From positions 42,532,001 through 42,596,000 of the forward strand of contig NC_043005.1 of NCBI RefSeq assembly GCF_006345805.1: a stretch of 64,000 nucleotides of DNA, given 5' to 3'. Of this stretch, positions 39,293-52,020 are shown in pieces. A model generated the notes under the pieces. The model had not been told where the DNA came from. It saw only the letters and a program-made list of their open reading frames with translations, and ran no database searches. The position numbers were made by a program, and so were the translations under genes. How positions within the stretch are numbered: position 1 is the first letter of the stretch; every line of letters begins with the position of its first letter. Source of the DNA: Octopus sinensis. Lineage: Eukaryota.

Positions 39293-40884
39293 ATAACCAA
39301 CAATTACCGCTAAGTAGCAGGAAATTCCAGTTAGGATTTTTAAAATATTTTTCGTGTCATTCAATGACGTATTTAGTATATTGTTATTATTTAACCCTTC
39401 ATTTTTGTCAATTATTCCAACCGTGACCCACCATTCATATTTATTGCAGACGTCTCCTTTCCATTTTAAAGATGGTAGACAGTGGTTTGAGGGATATTTA
39501 AATACTATTTCTCGTACGTTGAGCAACCACCTAGGGTCTTATAAATAAAAGTAGGGTAAAATTTTAGTGGCCAATAAATTTAACTATACTCAGAAATATG
39601 ACAAAGGTACTTTTGTGCAGATAAATACCTTTACTAAATTATAGAATATAAATAAATCAAAACGGAAGTAAACTGACATTTTTTCATTAAGAAGAAACAA
39701 TTATGTTAACTATTATCGAAGCAAACAGTAATATAGTGATAAATCAATCTAAAATGGTTTTTAATGAAATGTTAATATTTTTTTGATTGGCTTAGACGGC
39801 GAGTTGCCAGAATCGTTAGCACGTCGGGCAGGATACTTAGTAGGATTTCGTCCGTCTTTACATCTTGAGTTCAAACTCCGCCGACGTCGACTTTGCCTTT
39901 CATCCTTCAGGGTCGATAAAATAAGTTCCAGATGGGCACGGGGGTCGATGTAATTATCTTGTTGGCCTTGTGAACACGTAAGTTCATTTCCAACAGTTCG
40001 TCATTGCATAGTCAAGTAGACATAGTAACAGATGATCTTACAGTTCAGTCGATCCATCGCCTCGGATTGATATTTTTCTACAGACCCTGAAAAGGTGAAA
40101 AACAAAATTTGAATATACTTAAATATATTTCCAATTAGAAATATATTCCTGTAAATACAGCGTTGTACCGTTTCAGTACATTGTATTAACCTTAGACATT
40201 TTTCTAAAGATAGAGATATCTGCTGAAAATTTAGAGATAGTCTTAAAAGTCTAAGAAAACACTGTTACGAAGAAAGAGATACATTCCTGTACAGTTAGAA
40301 ACAGCGTTGGAAAGTCACTGACATCGACGTTTTATAACATCTAACTAACCTAACTTTTAACCTAATCATTCGAGAAGCTAATTTAGCTGCTAAATCCTGT
40401 CTCGCATACATCTCTTGTGTATTCATATTTGATGTTCTAATTACCACAACCGCCTGCCAAACACAAATATTCAATGCTTTTCGTCAGAATGCCGATAGTA
40501 CGTAAAGCTTAGATGACATAACTTCGATAAATAGAAAAGAAAAAATAACATTGAAAAATATCAGTAAATCAATTATGATTAATTATAATACAGTCGGACT
40601 AAAAGCATTCAATAATAAAATGTTTAGCTATACAAGTTATCCGTAGACTCCTATTTTTCAACTCAAATTCTCTTTTCGCTCACTAAATTATATCTAAGCT
40701 CTTCTAGAATACTCGTAGGACATTATGAGTATTTGGTTAAGGCAAGGACTTCTCTCTTGGCATGCAATGGTTTACTTCCTGTCACAGAGTTCCACCTGAA
40801 CAAAAGTAAAGGGAAAGTATTGCAAAACTACCATTTTAAGCACAAAAATTGTTGTATTTAACACCATTTGTAAAATATGAAGTA

Positions 40885-41404
40885 CCGTAAATTCTCGAGT
40901 ATAGTCCGCCCTTGAGTATAATACGCAGGGGATTTTTAGGGGCCTGTACTTCTGAAAAACCTAAACCTTGTGTATAATACGCACTCCTTCTCTAACTTGA
41001 GTCGTGCGTAATTAAGCCAGCAGCACCTAGTCAAACAAACACTTCCGCGCATGCGCAATACAATAATGGTGATGTTCTTAACTGTTATATGGGAATGTAA
41101 ATATATTTGCAAATTGTTTTTGTTACGTTATTCTGTGTTCTGAATACTTTTATTTTAATAAATGTTGCTTGCTGCAAGTTATGGATGATTCTTTTATGAC
41201 TTCATTGCTTTCAGGCTTTGCTTAAGGTAATTTCGCCCACGATATCACAAAATGCGTCTAAATAAACATTGCCGGACAGCAAATAGAGACTCGGATATTG
41301 CTTAGAAAACATTTTTTATTTTTAACCTCGTATATAGTACGCACTACGGATTTTGACCTTTAAATTTTTGGGGGAAAATGCGGATTATACTCGAGGATTT
41401 ACGG
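40885..41404. mobile_element. pogo-type MITE (520 bp)
   Basis: TA-CCGTAAATTCTCGAGTATAGTCCGC ... GCGGATTATACTCGAGGATTTACGG-TA. Confidence 0.85.
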
Positions 41405-41724
41405 TACATTCATTTCTTGATTACTCCACATATTTCTTCTGTTCACAAATTTTGCTGAAGCACCACCATATTCTGAATTTTAAAGATGATGAAAAATCAA
41501 ATTTATCATTTAGTACTTAACGCTACCCGCCGAGAGGGCCTCTTTATGTTAACTCCTGCAGACAGAAACAACTATCAAATCTCCCTTCAATCAAAATCTA
41601 TCATCTTAAAAAAAAAAGAAAGAAAAAGACAGACAACGCATATTTCATAATGTATACGGGATGTATACTATATCTGAATAAAAAATAGAAATATAAAAAG
41701 ATGGCATTATTATGTTATTGATTA

Positions 41725-42165
41725 AGGCAGTGAGTTGGTAGAATCGTTAGCACGCTTGGCGAAATACTCAGCAGTATTTCACCGTCGCTTTGTTCTGAGT
41801 TCAAATTCCGCCGAGGTCGACTTTGCCTTTCATCCTTTCGGGGTCGATAAATTAAGTACGAGTTGCGTATTGGGGGTCGATCTAATCGACTGGCCCACCT
41901 CCACCAAAATTTCAGACCTTGTGCCTGGAGTAGAAAAGATTATTATGGTTTTGATTATGGCGGTGAGCTGGCACGCCGGGCGAAGTGTTTAACATTATTT
42001 CACCTGTCACTTCGTTCTGAGTTCAAATTCCACCGAGGTCGACTATGCCTTTCATCCTTTCTGGGTCGATAAATTAAGTACCAGTGAAACACTGAGGTCG
42101 ATGTAATCGACTCGTCCCCTCCCCCAAAATTTCAAGCCTTGTGCCTTTATTAGAAAGAATTATTA
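41725..42165 (+). mobile_element. Two tandem SINE C2 copies
   Basis: Heads at ~41725 and ~41960, each ending in a CCAAAATTTCA..CCTTGTGCC tail. Confidence 0.75.
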
Positions 42166-42880
42166 TACCTTTGATCAATGAAGGCTCTTGCTTAATCAGG
42201 AGCTAAAAAAAAAAATTTCTTTTATCAGTTTCTGATAATCCCCGATCCAACTGTGAAAAGAACAGCTTTTAATGATCCAATGGTAGATCTGACTGAGTCC
42301 TTATGTGGCCGTTCAATTTTCTAGAAATAACAGTCAAGTTTCTCTCAAATCTTTCACATCCGTCTCAAAAGAAATAAGTAAACAATGTAGTCTCCGTATA
42401 AAAATAAAGTGGGAGAGGTTTAAGATCAGATTAACCTTTAACCTTAGATCCACTTAGTCTCGGGTTCCCGAGTTTAAAAAGCAACAATCCGAATATTTTT
42501 CTTGTTAAATTAAACAACTGTGTTAATTAAGACTGAGCGCTTTATGAAGTCACTAATACTTTCGATTTGTATTATAATGAGTTAAAAGGTAACTCGGAAA
42601 ATGTTTTCATCATACCTATGTCTTGGATTTTTTTTTCATTCTATGCAAGTATCTCAAACAAGTTATAAATTATCAGTCATCAGAAGCGATTTTTTTTGCA
42701 AATTCTCCCAGCAATCTGTAGAACTCAATGATTTTCGATAACTGATGCATGAATGGGCAGGGCTTCCGTTTAGAGTTAATGCTAAGTTTTGCAACAATAA
42801 TTTTTCTGCGTTTAATCAGATAAGCAACCACACAAAATGTTTCCTGGAACTTGGCGAAGCAAAGATTCGAAATATTAATA

Positions 42881-43090
42881 GGCGGCGAACTGGCAGAATC
42901 GTTAGCACCCTGGATGAGATGCTTGGCGGCATTTCGTCTCTCTTTACATTCTGAGTTCAAATTCCGCTGAGATCAACTTTGCCTTTCATCTTTTCTGGGT
43001 CGATAAATTAAGTACCAGTGAAACACTGGAGTCGATGTAATCGACTATCCCTCCCACCTGCCAAAAAAAAAATTCAGGTCTTGTGCCTGA
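42881..43090 (+). mobile_element. SINE C2
   Basis: Family similarity. Confidence 0.75.
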
Positions 43091-43091
43091 G

Positions 43092-43440
43092 ACATTTCTC
43101 TGACACTTTGACGTGGGTTTTGTTCAACAGTTGCTTTCAATTGTTCATTGTCAAGACTGAATGATCGTCCACTACCTTCATCTTCAAGGCTCTCATCACC
43201 ATCAGCGGAATTTCTGAAACCACCTTCGTACTGTGCGATCACTTGTGGACCCCTCTCCCCATGCTCTGTTGATACTAGCAGCAATTTGGGAGGCATAATG
43301 CCCAAGCTTGAACTCATGCAAGAAAAGTAAGCGAAGGTCCTTTTTTTGTCATGTTCATAATTAAGGGCGCCTATGCTTCAAGAATGTTTTCTGTCTGAAA
43401 TAAGTAGAAAAATCATTAAGTATGTCGAAATTCACCTAAA
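43092..43440 (-). mobile_element. mariner 5' fragment (N-terminal HTH)
   Basis: DLRLLFLHEFKLGHYASQIAASINRAWGEGSTSDRTVRRWFQKFR, then frameshifted GDESLEDE...LKATVEQNPRQSVRE. Confidence 0.85.
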
Positions 43441-43921
43441 ATATAATTAAAACATTATGATAACATTGCGTTTCAAAGCGCAACATTTAGAGAGGCCATT
43501 ATTTTCGGAATAACCTAATGAAAGTGTTGGTTCAATTTGTTTATACCGATCTTGCAACTCACTACAAACATATGCAATGGACGTCGCCAAGTATTATTTC
43601 TAACATTAAAAACAAGACAAAAAACAAACAAACAAACAAAACGAAGATGAGCCACGAAATGATGTAATTTAAATAAACTTCTTTGAAATGTAATTCCACT
43701 GTGATGTGTCGACTCAGGAGCAGAAGAAAAATCAAATTGATTATGCAATAAAGTGTTTGAATTTATTAAATTGTCCCGCCTCTTCATATCAGCAGAACCA
43801 AAACAGGAGCTCTTGTCATGATTCTTTGAATCTTAGAACCCAGATATGGCCATTGCACTGATACTCGATAAATAATTTTCAAACACTATTGAAAATTTAT
43901 TGATCGTTTATTTTTTTATCT

Positions 43922-44365
43922 TTTAGCTTTTATTGCTTCAGTCATTTCACTGTGGCCATGCTGGATCACCGCGTTGAAAACTTTTTTAGCAGAATGAATT
44001 TTTTGTTTAAAGTATTTTTTGTTTAAAGCCGGTACTTATTTTATCAGTCTTTTTGCCGGACTGCTAAGTTACTGAGGCGTAAAGTTGTCAAGTAGAGGTG
44101 GACAAACACAGACACAAAGCCACACACGTCTCTGCGTGTGTGCGCGCGCGCGAATGCACAAACACACACACACTCACACACACACACATAGATATATATA
44201 TATCTTTTACGACGGGCTTCTTTCAGTTACCATCTACCAAATCCATTCACAAGTCTTCATTCAGCTTGGGGCTATTAGAGAAAATACTTGCTCAAGATCC
44301 CACATAATGGGTCTGAGACTGGAACCATGTGGTTTGGAAGCAAACTTCTTACTACACAGCCAAGC
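43922..44365 (-). mobile_element. SINE A
   Basis: Family similarity. Confidence 0.7.
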
Positions 44366-44914
44366 CTGGGCCTATCATCTACAAACTTAGTGGTGTCGAT
44401 CCTGGAAGAGGGCAGATGATTCCTTGAGTTTCTCCTCAATCGTCTGACATTAATATACCATTCGCTTTAAAATGACTGCAGTTTCCTATAATAAATACCC
44501 AATACATTGATATTTACGAGTTAAAGATACAGTTTCCAGAGGAGGTGTTCGTATCTTCCGGCTCTAGTGTGTTCACACGAGCACTTAAACGCTGCTGCTT
44601 TGCAGATGAGCGCTCCAACAGACCTGTGAATATTCGCCGATCAATTACAATTCACTCCCCTAACCAGAAAGACATGTCATAATGATGAAAGCAGTACGCT
44701 AACTAAAGACGAAGCGGTCATCTAAGCAAATGTAAATATGGATTGGAAATGAAATACTTTTAAAGTATATATTCTATTTAAACAATATCAAAAATTTCTC
44801 CGACCATAGAAAGACAAAATGGAATAGGCAGGGCAAGAGGAAATACATAGGACAGAGAGTCGTTGAAGAGGTTACACAATGTTTGACGAAAGAAATCTAA
44901 CGAACAAATAAGCA

Positions 44915-45367
44915 TTGATTTCAAATTTTGGTACAAGGCCTGCAACTTCGAAGTAGCGGGTAAGTCGATTACATTGATCCTAGTGTTATTTTATCGCCAT
45001 TTTATCGCCAACGAAAAGATGAGAAGCAAAAAGTCGACCTCGGCGGAATTTGAACTCAGAACACGAAGACAGACGAAATGCCGCTGAGGATTGGCCGGGC
45101 GTGCTAACAGATCTGTTAGTTCGCCACCTTAACGGAGAAAATAAATATTTGCATCAAATTGTGACAAAAAGGCCAGCACTTTTGGAAGAAGAGGTAAGTC
45201 GATTACATCGACCCCGGTGTTTAACTGGATGGTATTTATTTTATCGACCCTGAAAGGATGAAAGGCCAAGTTGACCTCAGAGGAATTTGAACTCAGAATG
45301 TAAAAACAGACGAAATGCCGCTAAGCATTTTTCGCCCGGCGTGCTAACGATTCTACCAGCTCACCAC
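44915..45367 (-). mobile_element. Two tandem SINE C copies
   Basis: Family similarity. Confidence 0.7.
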
Positions 45368-45403
45368 ATTGACGGACAAAACAAATATTAAAACATTATT
45401 TTG

Positions 45404-45929
45404 TTGTGTCTGGGGAGAGTCATTCTCTTTTAGTACCTTATTATTTAACACACTCACCGTTAAAATTTCCACTTATTTCGTCTTTTTATTTTCCTAAAAT
45501 TTTCGTTGCGTCTTGCAACCTTTTCAATAGTCTTGACTCTCAAGGAAAATAAAAAGACGAAATAAGTGGAAATTTTACCGGTGAGTGTGTTAAATAATAT
45601 AAGGTACTAAAAGAGAATGACTCTCCCCAGACACAATAGAATATGCTTCAACACACGAACTCATATAAAGAATCTTGCAAACCAAATCCAAAAACAAAAC
45701 ATTATTTATTAAACATTAACTGAAACCCCAACCCCTCAATAAGTTTCAATAATTTTCCGAATCATGAATGTGCCTAAACACTGATAACTATCTGAATCTT
45801 ACAGTGATTCTTTGTTATTTGAACTCGGTGTACTTTATGTTATCTTAAATGTAGCATTTGAAATAGACAAACAATTCAAAATTTAAATGCTTGCTTTTGC
45901 CGTCAGCAAAGCGACGGGTAACAGACTAG
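45404..45929 (+). mobile_element. Non-autonomous Helitron-like 3' fragment with an inverted duplication (45404-45636)
   Basis: Subterminal hairpin CCGTC(A)GC-AAA-GCGACGG, then CTAG (45926-29) followed by T. Inverted arms of ~92 bp lie upstream. Confidence 0.6.
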
Positions 45930-46610
45930 TATATATAAAGAAGACGAAAAAAAAAAAAAGAAGAAAAACACGGCGTTAGAGATAAATAGTAAGAAAGCTA
46001 TTAAGATTTTGTCTCAAAGGAAAGGCTCGTTTGTTTTGTTATTCGCGACTGGTTCGCTTATTTTATTATTGTATGTTTGTGCAAATTTAAGTATTTTTTC
46101 TTGTTATCCTATCGTAAATAGTGCGTTTTGACTTATTTAGGCCCCTTTAAGAGAGCACCACAATAGGCGGCGAACTGCTGCTTGAAATAAGAGATAAATA
46201 AGTAAAATCAGATTATAAATCAGATGGACAGTTTGATGTTTAATGGTGAAGGGGAGGACGGAGGTGCGGGGAGGTATACAACAATATTTAGATAAAGATT
46301 ACTTGACACATTCCCCCTCCTCTTTCTCCTGCTGACGCCTCTGCTTGCCTAACGCCACAACCACTACTACCATTACCGCGATCTCCGCCGCTACCACCAC
46401 CACCACCACCACCACCACCACCACCACATTCGCCGCCACCACCACCACCGTCGCCGCTACGGTAATGAAAAGCAGCAAGAGAAAAGGACAAAAAGGAAAA
46501 AAAAAAAAAGGAAAAAGAAGGAAAAAAAAAGTTTACGTTGTTGTAATTCATATTAATTGCGACTACGTAAAACTTAACAACAGGCGCGCGAGTATGCGTA
46601 GCCTTGTACG

Positions 46611-46653
<43 letters not shown>

Positions 46654-46681
46654 CGTGTGTGTGTGTGTGCGTGTGTGTATA

Positions 46682-46880
46682 TTCTCTTATTTGCTTCAAT
46701 CATTTTACTGCAGCCATGCTGGAGCACCACCTTTATTCAAACAAATCGACTCTCAGGACTTATTCTTTATAAGCCTAGTACTTATACAATTGGTTCCTTT
46801 TACCGAACCGCTAAGTCACGGGGACGTAAACACACCAATATCGGTTGCCAAGCGATAGTGGGGGTACAAAACAAGAAACA
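46682..46880 (-). mobile_element. SINE A 3' half
   Basis: Family similarity. Confidence 0.7.
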
Positions 46881-47248
46881 AAATCACACACACATACATA
46901 CATATATTTGGCTCCGCCTCTGTTCTGTTTTTGTTTTTTCCAACGTATTTCCTATTTCTTCCTGAAGAGACAGACACAATATGGTCTCCTTATTCAATCG
47001 GAATTTGGTAAATTGTGCCTTTCGAAACACGTGTAGAATGCAATAAAACGATTTCTGTTCAATCTTCGTTCAACTCCATTTCTTCAATTCACTAATAATA
47101 TTAAAATTCAATTATCCGCACCAACGCACGGTTGCAACACCATATGGTTGTACCTCCAACCGTGCTGTCTTCTGCTGTGATTTTTGCTACCAAGGTAACG
47201 GTTAAACTTTTGATTAATCTGCAACAAGATTATTCATCTTTCTATTTC

Positions 47249-47295
<47 letters not shown>

Positions 47296-47320
47296 ATATA
47301 TATAATATATATACCGTTTA

Positions 47321-47351
<31 letters not shown>

Positions 47352-47354
<3 letters not shown>

Positions 47355-47695
47355 TCTTTATTAGCCACACAGGGCTGCACACAGATAGAACAAATTACAA
47401 GGTAGAGCTTTTCTTTTGGGGTAAAAAAAAGGGGGTGGTGGTTTTCGATCAAAAGGGATCGTAAAAGGAAAGAAAGAGGACAAAAAAAAGGGAGGGGTTA
47501 AAAAGGGGGGGGGGGCAAAAAAAATGAATAATAGGGATCGTTATCACAGGAATGTCAATATGAAGTGTAAAGGGGAGGACAGGTGAGGTTTACCCGTGGA
47601 AAGAAAAGCCTACGGAAAAGACCACGGTAACCTCGGTCAATGAAGTCACATGTTATATTTCTTTTTTTTTTTTTTTGCAAATAAGCAACTCTCTG
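47352..47695 (-). mobile_element. Probable 3'UTR of the Tx1-like LINE, displaced to the right inversion breakpoint
   Basis: On the minus strand it begins with CAGAGAGT, the TSD partner of 35617-35624. It ends ...GTGGCTAATAAAGAAACAT at (TA)n. Confidence 0.65.
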
Positions 47696-48574
47696 GGATC
47701 TTTTCAATTCTGAAGCCAGGACCACAGATCTTTCTACTTAACTAAATATTCTGAAACTTCGTATGCTGAGCAAAACAAGACACAGGTTGGAACTAGTTTA
47801 TTTGAGAAAAATCTATTTTATGACTTTAATCGTAGATTAAAACTGCGAATTTTAACCAATCAGATTGTTTGTTTTCATGTGTAAAACTTGACTGCATTCT
47901 ATTAGTGTGACGTAGAAAGCGCTTTTGTGACGTACTAACGTTCGGAAAACTGTAAACAAACACAGAACGTAACGGCAGACGAAATACGGCTACGCATTTC
48001 GCCCGGCGTGCTAACGTTTCTGCCAGCTCTTTGCTTTTTTAATATTAAATTTCTTGCCTTTTGCACAAATAAATACAATAAGTGAAATGAAACGCATTAG
48101 CTTAAAAACGAAATCTTGTTAGAAGCCTCGTCACTGAGATGCCACTTCTTAAAAGCAAACGAAAGCAAGTACTAACAGAATGGAAACATTTTCAATTTAA
48201 TACATGTGGCTTATTAACTAGTTTTAAATATTGTTATTAGAAGGTGGCTGACTATAGGATCCTGGAAACATGAGTACGTTAAATAATTAGAAGGAGATTT
48301 CACGGAGACATGCGGCTTGTTTACATTTAAGATGTTTAATACGTCACGAAATTGGTGGTCGAGACGGAGTAAATAAAATAAAGCCGAATGACGGAATATC
48401 ATTGGTTAAAATTCTAATTATTAAACAACGTTAAACTTAGAAGTTACAATTCCGTTTTCATTCTGGTTTACAATTAAGTTTACTTTTGACACATTCTACC
48501 AGTATACGAAGTTTCAAATTGTTTGGTTCAGTAGGAAAAATTTGAAAAAACTGGCTTCAGAATTGAAAAGATCC
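47696..48574 (-). mobile_element. MITE copy B (879 bp), inverted relative to copy A
   Basis: Same 24-bp TIRs. The length difference from A is explained by a 9-bp deletion and a 1-bp insertion. An identical 62-aa spurious ORF appears in both copies. Confidence 0.95.
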
Positions 48575-48974
48575 CGAATTACATTGCTTCAATCATGTTG
48601 AAATACGAGTGAAATGCAGAAATAAGATTCTGTAAGAGAATATTTAGAACAATATAAACTCCGCCAATACTAATACAAGATGAAGTTAAAGATAAAGATG
48701 GAAACAAGCAGATTGCTTGGTCGTGAGAAAATAACTTCGGAGTTGGTGGAGCGGAACGGAAATGTAGCGTAGTAAGGTTCGCTGAGGACGTCAGTGGTTC
48801 AGTACTATAATTGTGCCGGAAGTGATTCAATTGTAATATACATGTTAAGGATGTTGTCTGTCAGCATGTGAGTGAGATTTATTATCATTTTTTTTTTTCA
48901 TACGAGAATATATTTGGGTATATGAGTGTATGTGTGTGTATATGAGTGAGTGTAAATATTATAGAAATGGATGG

Positions 48975-49347
48975 ATGGAAGCACTCCGTCGGTTACGACG
49001 ACGAGGGTTCCGGTTGATCCGAATCAACGGAACAGCCTGCTCGTGAAATTAACGTGTAAGTGGCTGAGCACTCCACAGACATGTGTACCCTTAACGTAGT
49101 TCTCGGGGATATTCAGCGTGACACAGAGAGTGACAAGGCCGGCCCTTTGAAATACAGGTACAACAGAAACAGGAAGTAAGAGTGAGAGAAAGTTGTGGTG
49201 AAAGAGTACAGCAGGGATCACCACCATCCCCTGCCGGAGCCTCGAGGAGCTTTAGGTGTTTTCGCTCAATAAACACTCACAACGCCCGGTCTGGGAATCG
49301 AAATCGCGAGACCGCTGCCCTAACCACTGGGCCATTGCGCCTCCACA
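48975..49347 (-). mobile_element. SINE family B with probable TSD
   Basis: Flanks ATTATAGAAAT and ATTACAGAAAT. Confidence 0.85.
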
Positions 49348-49577
49348 TTACAGAAATACAGAAACGGTGAGAAAGTGGAGTGACAAAAACTATGTATTCC
49401 ACTTATGAATAGTGTTGCATTGGGCACTCGTTATTTCTGGCATTACTTTTACTTAAAGCGCAAAGGAATTTAGAGCCTCATTTAGTTAATTAGACTGTTT
49501 AAGGAACATGATAGTAGTTTTACTTACGATGTATAAATTGCACGTTTAATTTAATTTTTGGTTTGTTGATACTGATT

Positions 49578-49980
49578 TCAAATTTTGGCACAAGGCCAAG
49601 TTAGGGGAAGGGAACGAGTCAATTGCATTGACCCCAGTACTTAATTGGTACTTTTTTTTATCGACCCCGGAAGGATGGAAGCCAAAGTCGACTAAGGTGG
49701 AATTTGAACTCCGAACGAAAGGACGGACAAAATGCCACTAAGCATTTTGCCCGGCGTGTTGACGATTCAGCCAGCTCGCCGCTTTCGGGTAACCTAATAT
49801 TCTTTTCCACTCTAGGCACATGGCCCGAAATTTTGGGGGAGGGGCCAGTCGATTACATCGACCCCAGTAAGCAACTGGTACTCAATCTATCGGCCCTGAA
49901 AGGATGAAAAGCAAAGTTGATCTCGGCAGAGGTTAACCTAATATTTTTTCTACTCTAGGCACAAGGCTCGAAATTTGGGG
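49578..49980 (-). mobile_element. Degenerate SINE C2 copies
   Basis: Family similarity. Confidence 0.65.
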
Positions 49981-51619
49981 TTAAATGGTAAATACAGGGT
50001 CTATATTGTAAACATTGAAGGTGATTCCACGATCGACGAAAGGAATTTGTATTTGAAAGGTGAGACAATATTTTGAAGCCCAGCATTTTTTAAATACTCT
50101 AATCCTGCCAATCACACACACACACACATTATCATTAATTAATATATTATTCTCATTTAATTCAAAAGTTTGTATTACTATATCTAAGACTCCAAATAAA
50201 ATTAAGCAAAGCAGTAGCGGAGCTGCTAAGTTGATGGTGAAAAATGAAAAGTTGGAGATAAAATCTTACTCCGATGTACGATTTATAAATTATGTTATGT
50301 TTTGTACAAAAGTTCTTTCGAAGTCTCTATATACTTGAGTAAGCAGTCACATGGGTGAGTGCAAATGCATGGTTGAGAAAATTTGCTTGAGAAACCATTG
50401 TTAAGTTTAATGCAAGTCATATTTGATAAAGATTACGATCGACTCTAAATGATTTCTCTCAACCCACCATTTTCTAGACACACCAATCACATTACTCTCA
50501 ATATTTTAGATTCACCCGTTTTCATTGAACCATCCGATAACAGAATATACATACACACATATATATACACACGCATACATGCACACACACTCACACACAC
50601 ACACACATACAAGCGCGCGCACACACACTCACACACACATACATTATTGAAATGATGAAGAAGTTTCACACGAATAAATTTATATTGTGAAATATAAAAG
50701 GAAGAAAATGCTCTGCGAACTTTATCCTGGAATAAAATGAGAAAATACATTTTTAAATAAATCAGCATCTACCGGTTCCGGTCGCTTTAACAATGCAATC
50801 TAGTCATACTGAAATAAAAGGTAAAAATACATTTAATTAATCTTTCATATCTTCGGTTCTGGATGTTAACATATTTTTCATATAAAAATGAAATGATGTT
50901 ACATTTCGTTTATTTGTGATTGTTGCTGAGTACCAGTTAACTGCAGTAGTAGCCGGTGGTTAGTTAAAGGAGGAGCAGGTAGGGCTGTTTGTGGTAGCAG
51001 CAGGTACAGGAGCTGGGACAACAACAGCTGGTGCTCTCGGAGTTTATAGCAGTTGTCCATCTAACTAGTAGCGGTCGTACGGCAGTGTTTGTGATATTTG
51101 TCTCCATTCCCTGCAACAGAAATTTTATGTGGTTAGAATTTTGTTATGAAAAAATTTCTTTCTTGTTGCATTGCCGTTGAATTATATGTTATCACTTAAT
51201 TGATATAGAGAGAAAATTGTAAAATCTGGTTGTTTCGTACCGTATTTTAATTTGCTATCTATGCAGAGTTATGCGCTGTCGTAAGAAGCCATCTGTCTGA
51301 CCAATGTAATGCTCTTCACATCGTGAGCATGATATTGCTCAGATGCAGAGATGAAATTAGATCTTATAGTAAAGCTTTGTACACGTTTGTAGCTAATCTC
51401 TGATCCTTCTGTCAGATTAAAGTATAAACCAAAGATGGGTCTTCCTCATCATTTTACTGTTGATCTTGTAGTTATTGTATGAAGTTTGACTTTTGTTAGT
51501 ATTTTTCATTGATTTAAGTTGTCTTTTGTTTTTTTTCTGTATGTGTTAGAAGGATTTCGTTTAGCCTGGCTGGGATCGTTTTTCAGTATCGGTGTGTTTT
51601 AGAATATGATGTTGTAAGC

Positions 51620-52020
51620 CTCATTATTTTTGTTCGGAAAAAAGGGTGGAGGGAAACTGGACCCCACCCCATATCCCGGAATCATTGGAATTTTTATTTG
51701 TTGAATGAATTCCGGTGACCTAATATGCTACAAAACCCTTTTGGGTATTCGGAAAACGGGGTGGAATGGAAGCCTCGGAAATTTCAACCCCATCTGCACG
51801 GATCTTTTGCAAGGAATCAAGAACCCTGACCGCCTAATATGCAGTAAACCCCTTATTTTTGTTCGGAAAAAAGTGGGGATCCGGACCCTCCTATCCCGGA
51901 ATCATTGGCATTTTTGAATTTTTTTTCGCTGAGTGAATTCCGGTGATCTCCTAATTTGTTATAAAACCCTTTTTTGTGGTCCGGAAAACGGGATGGGGTG
52001 GGGTAGAACCCTCATAAATT
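51620..52020. repeat. Diverged tandem repeat (about 230-bp dimer of ~115-bp subunits)
   Basis: TTGTTCGGAAAAAAG...ATCCCGGAATCATTGG...GAATTCCGGTGA...AAAACCCTTTT occurs twice. Confidence 0.7.
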
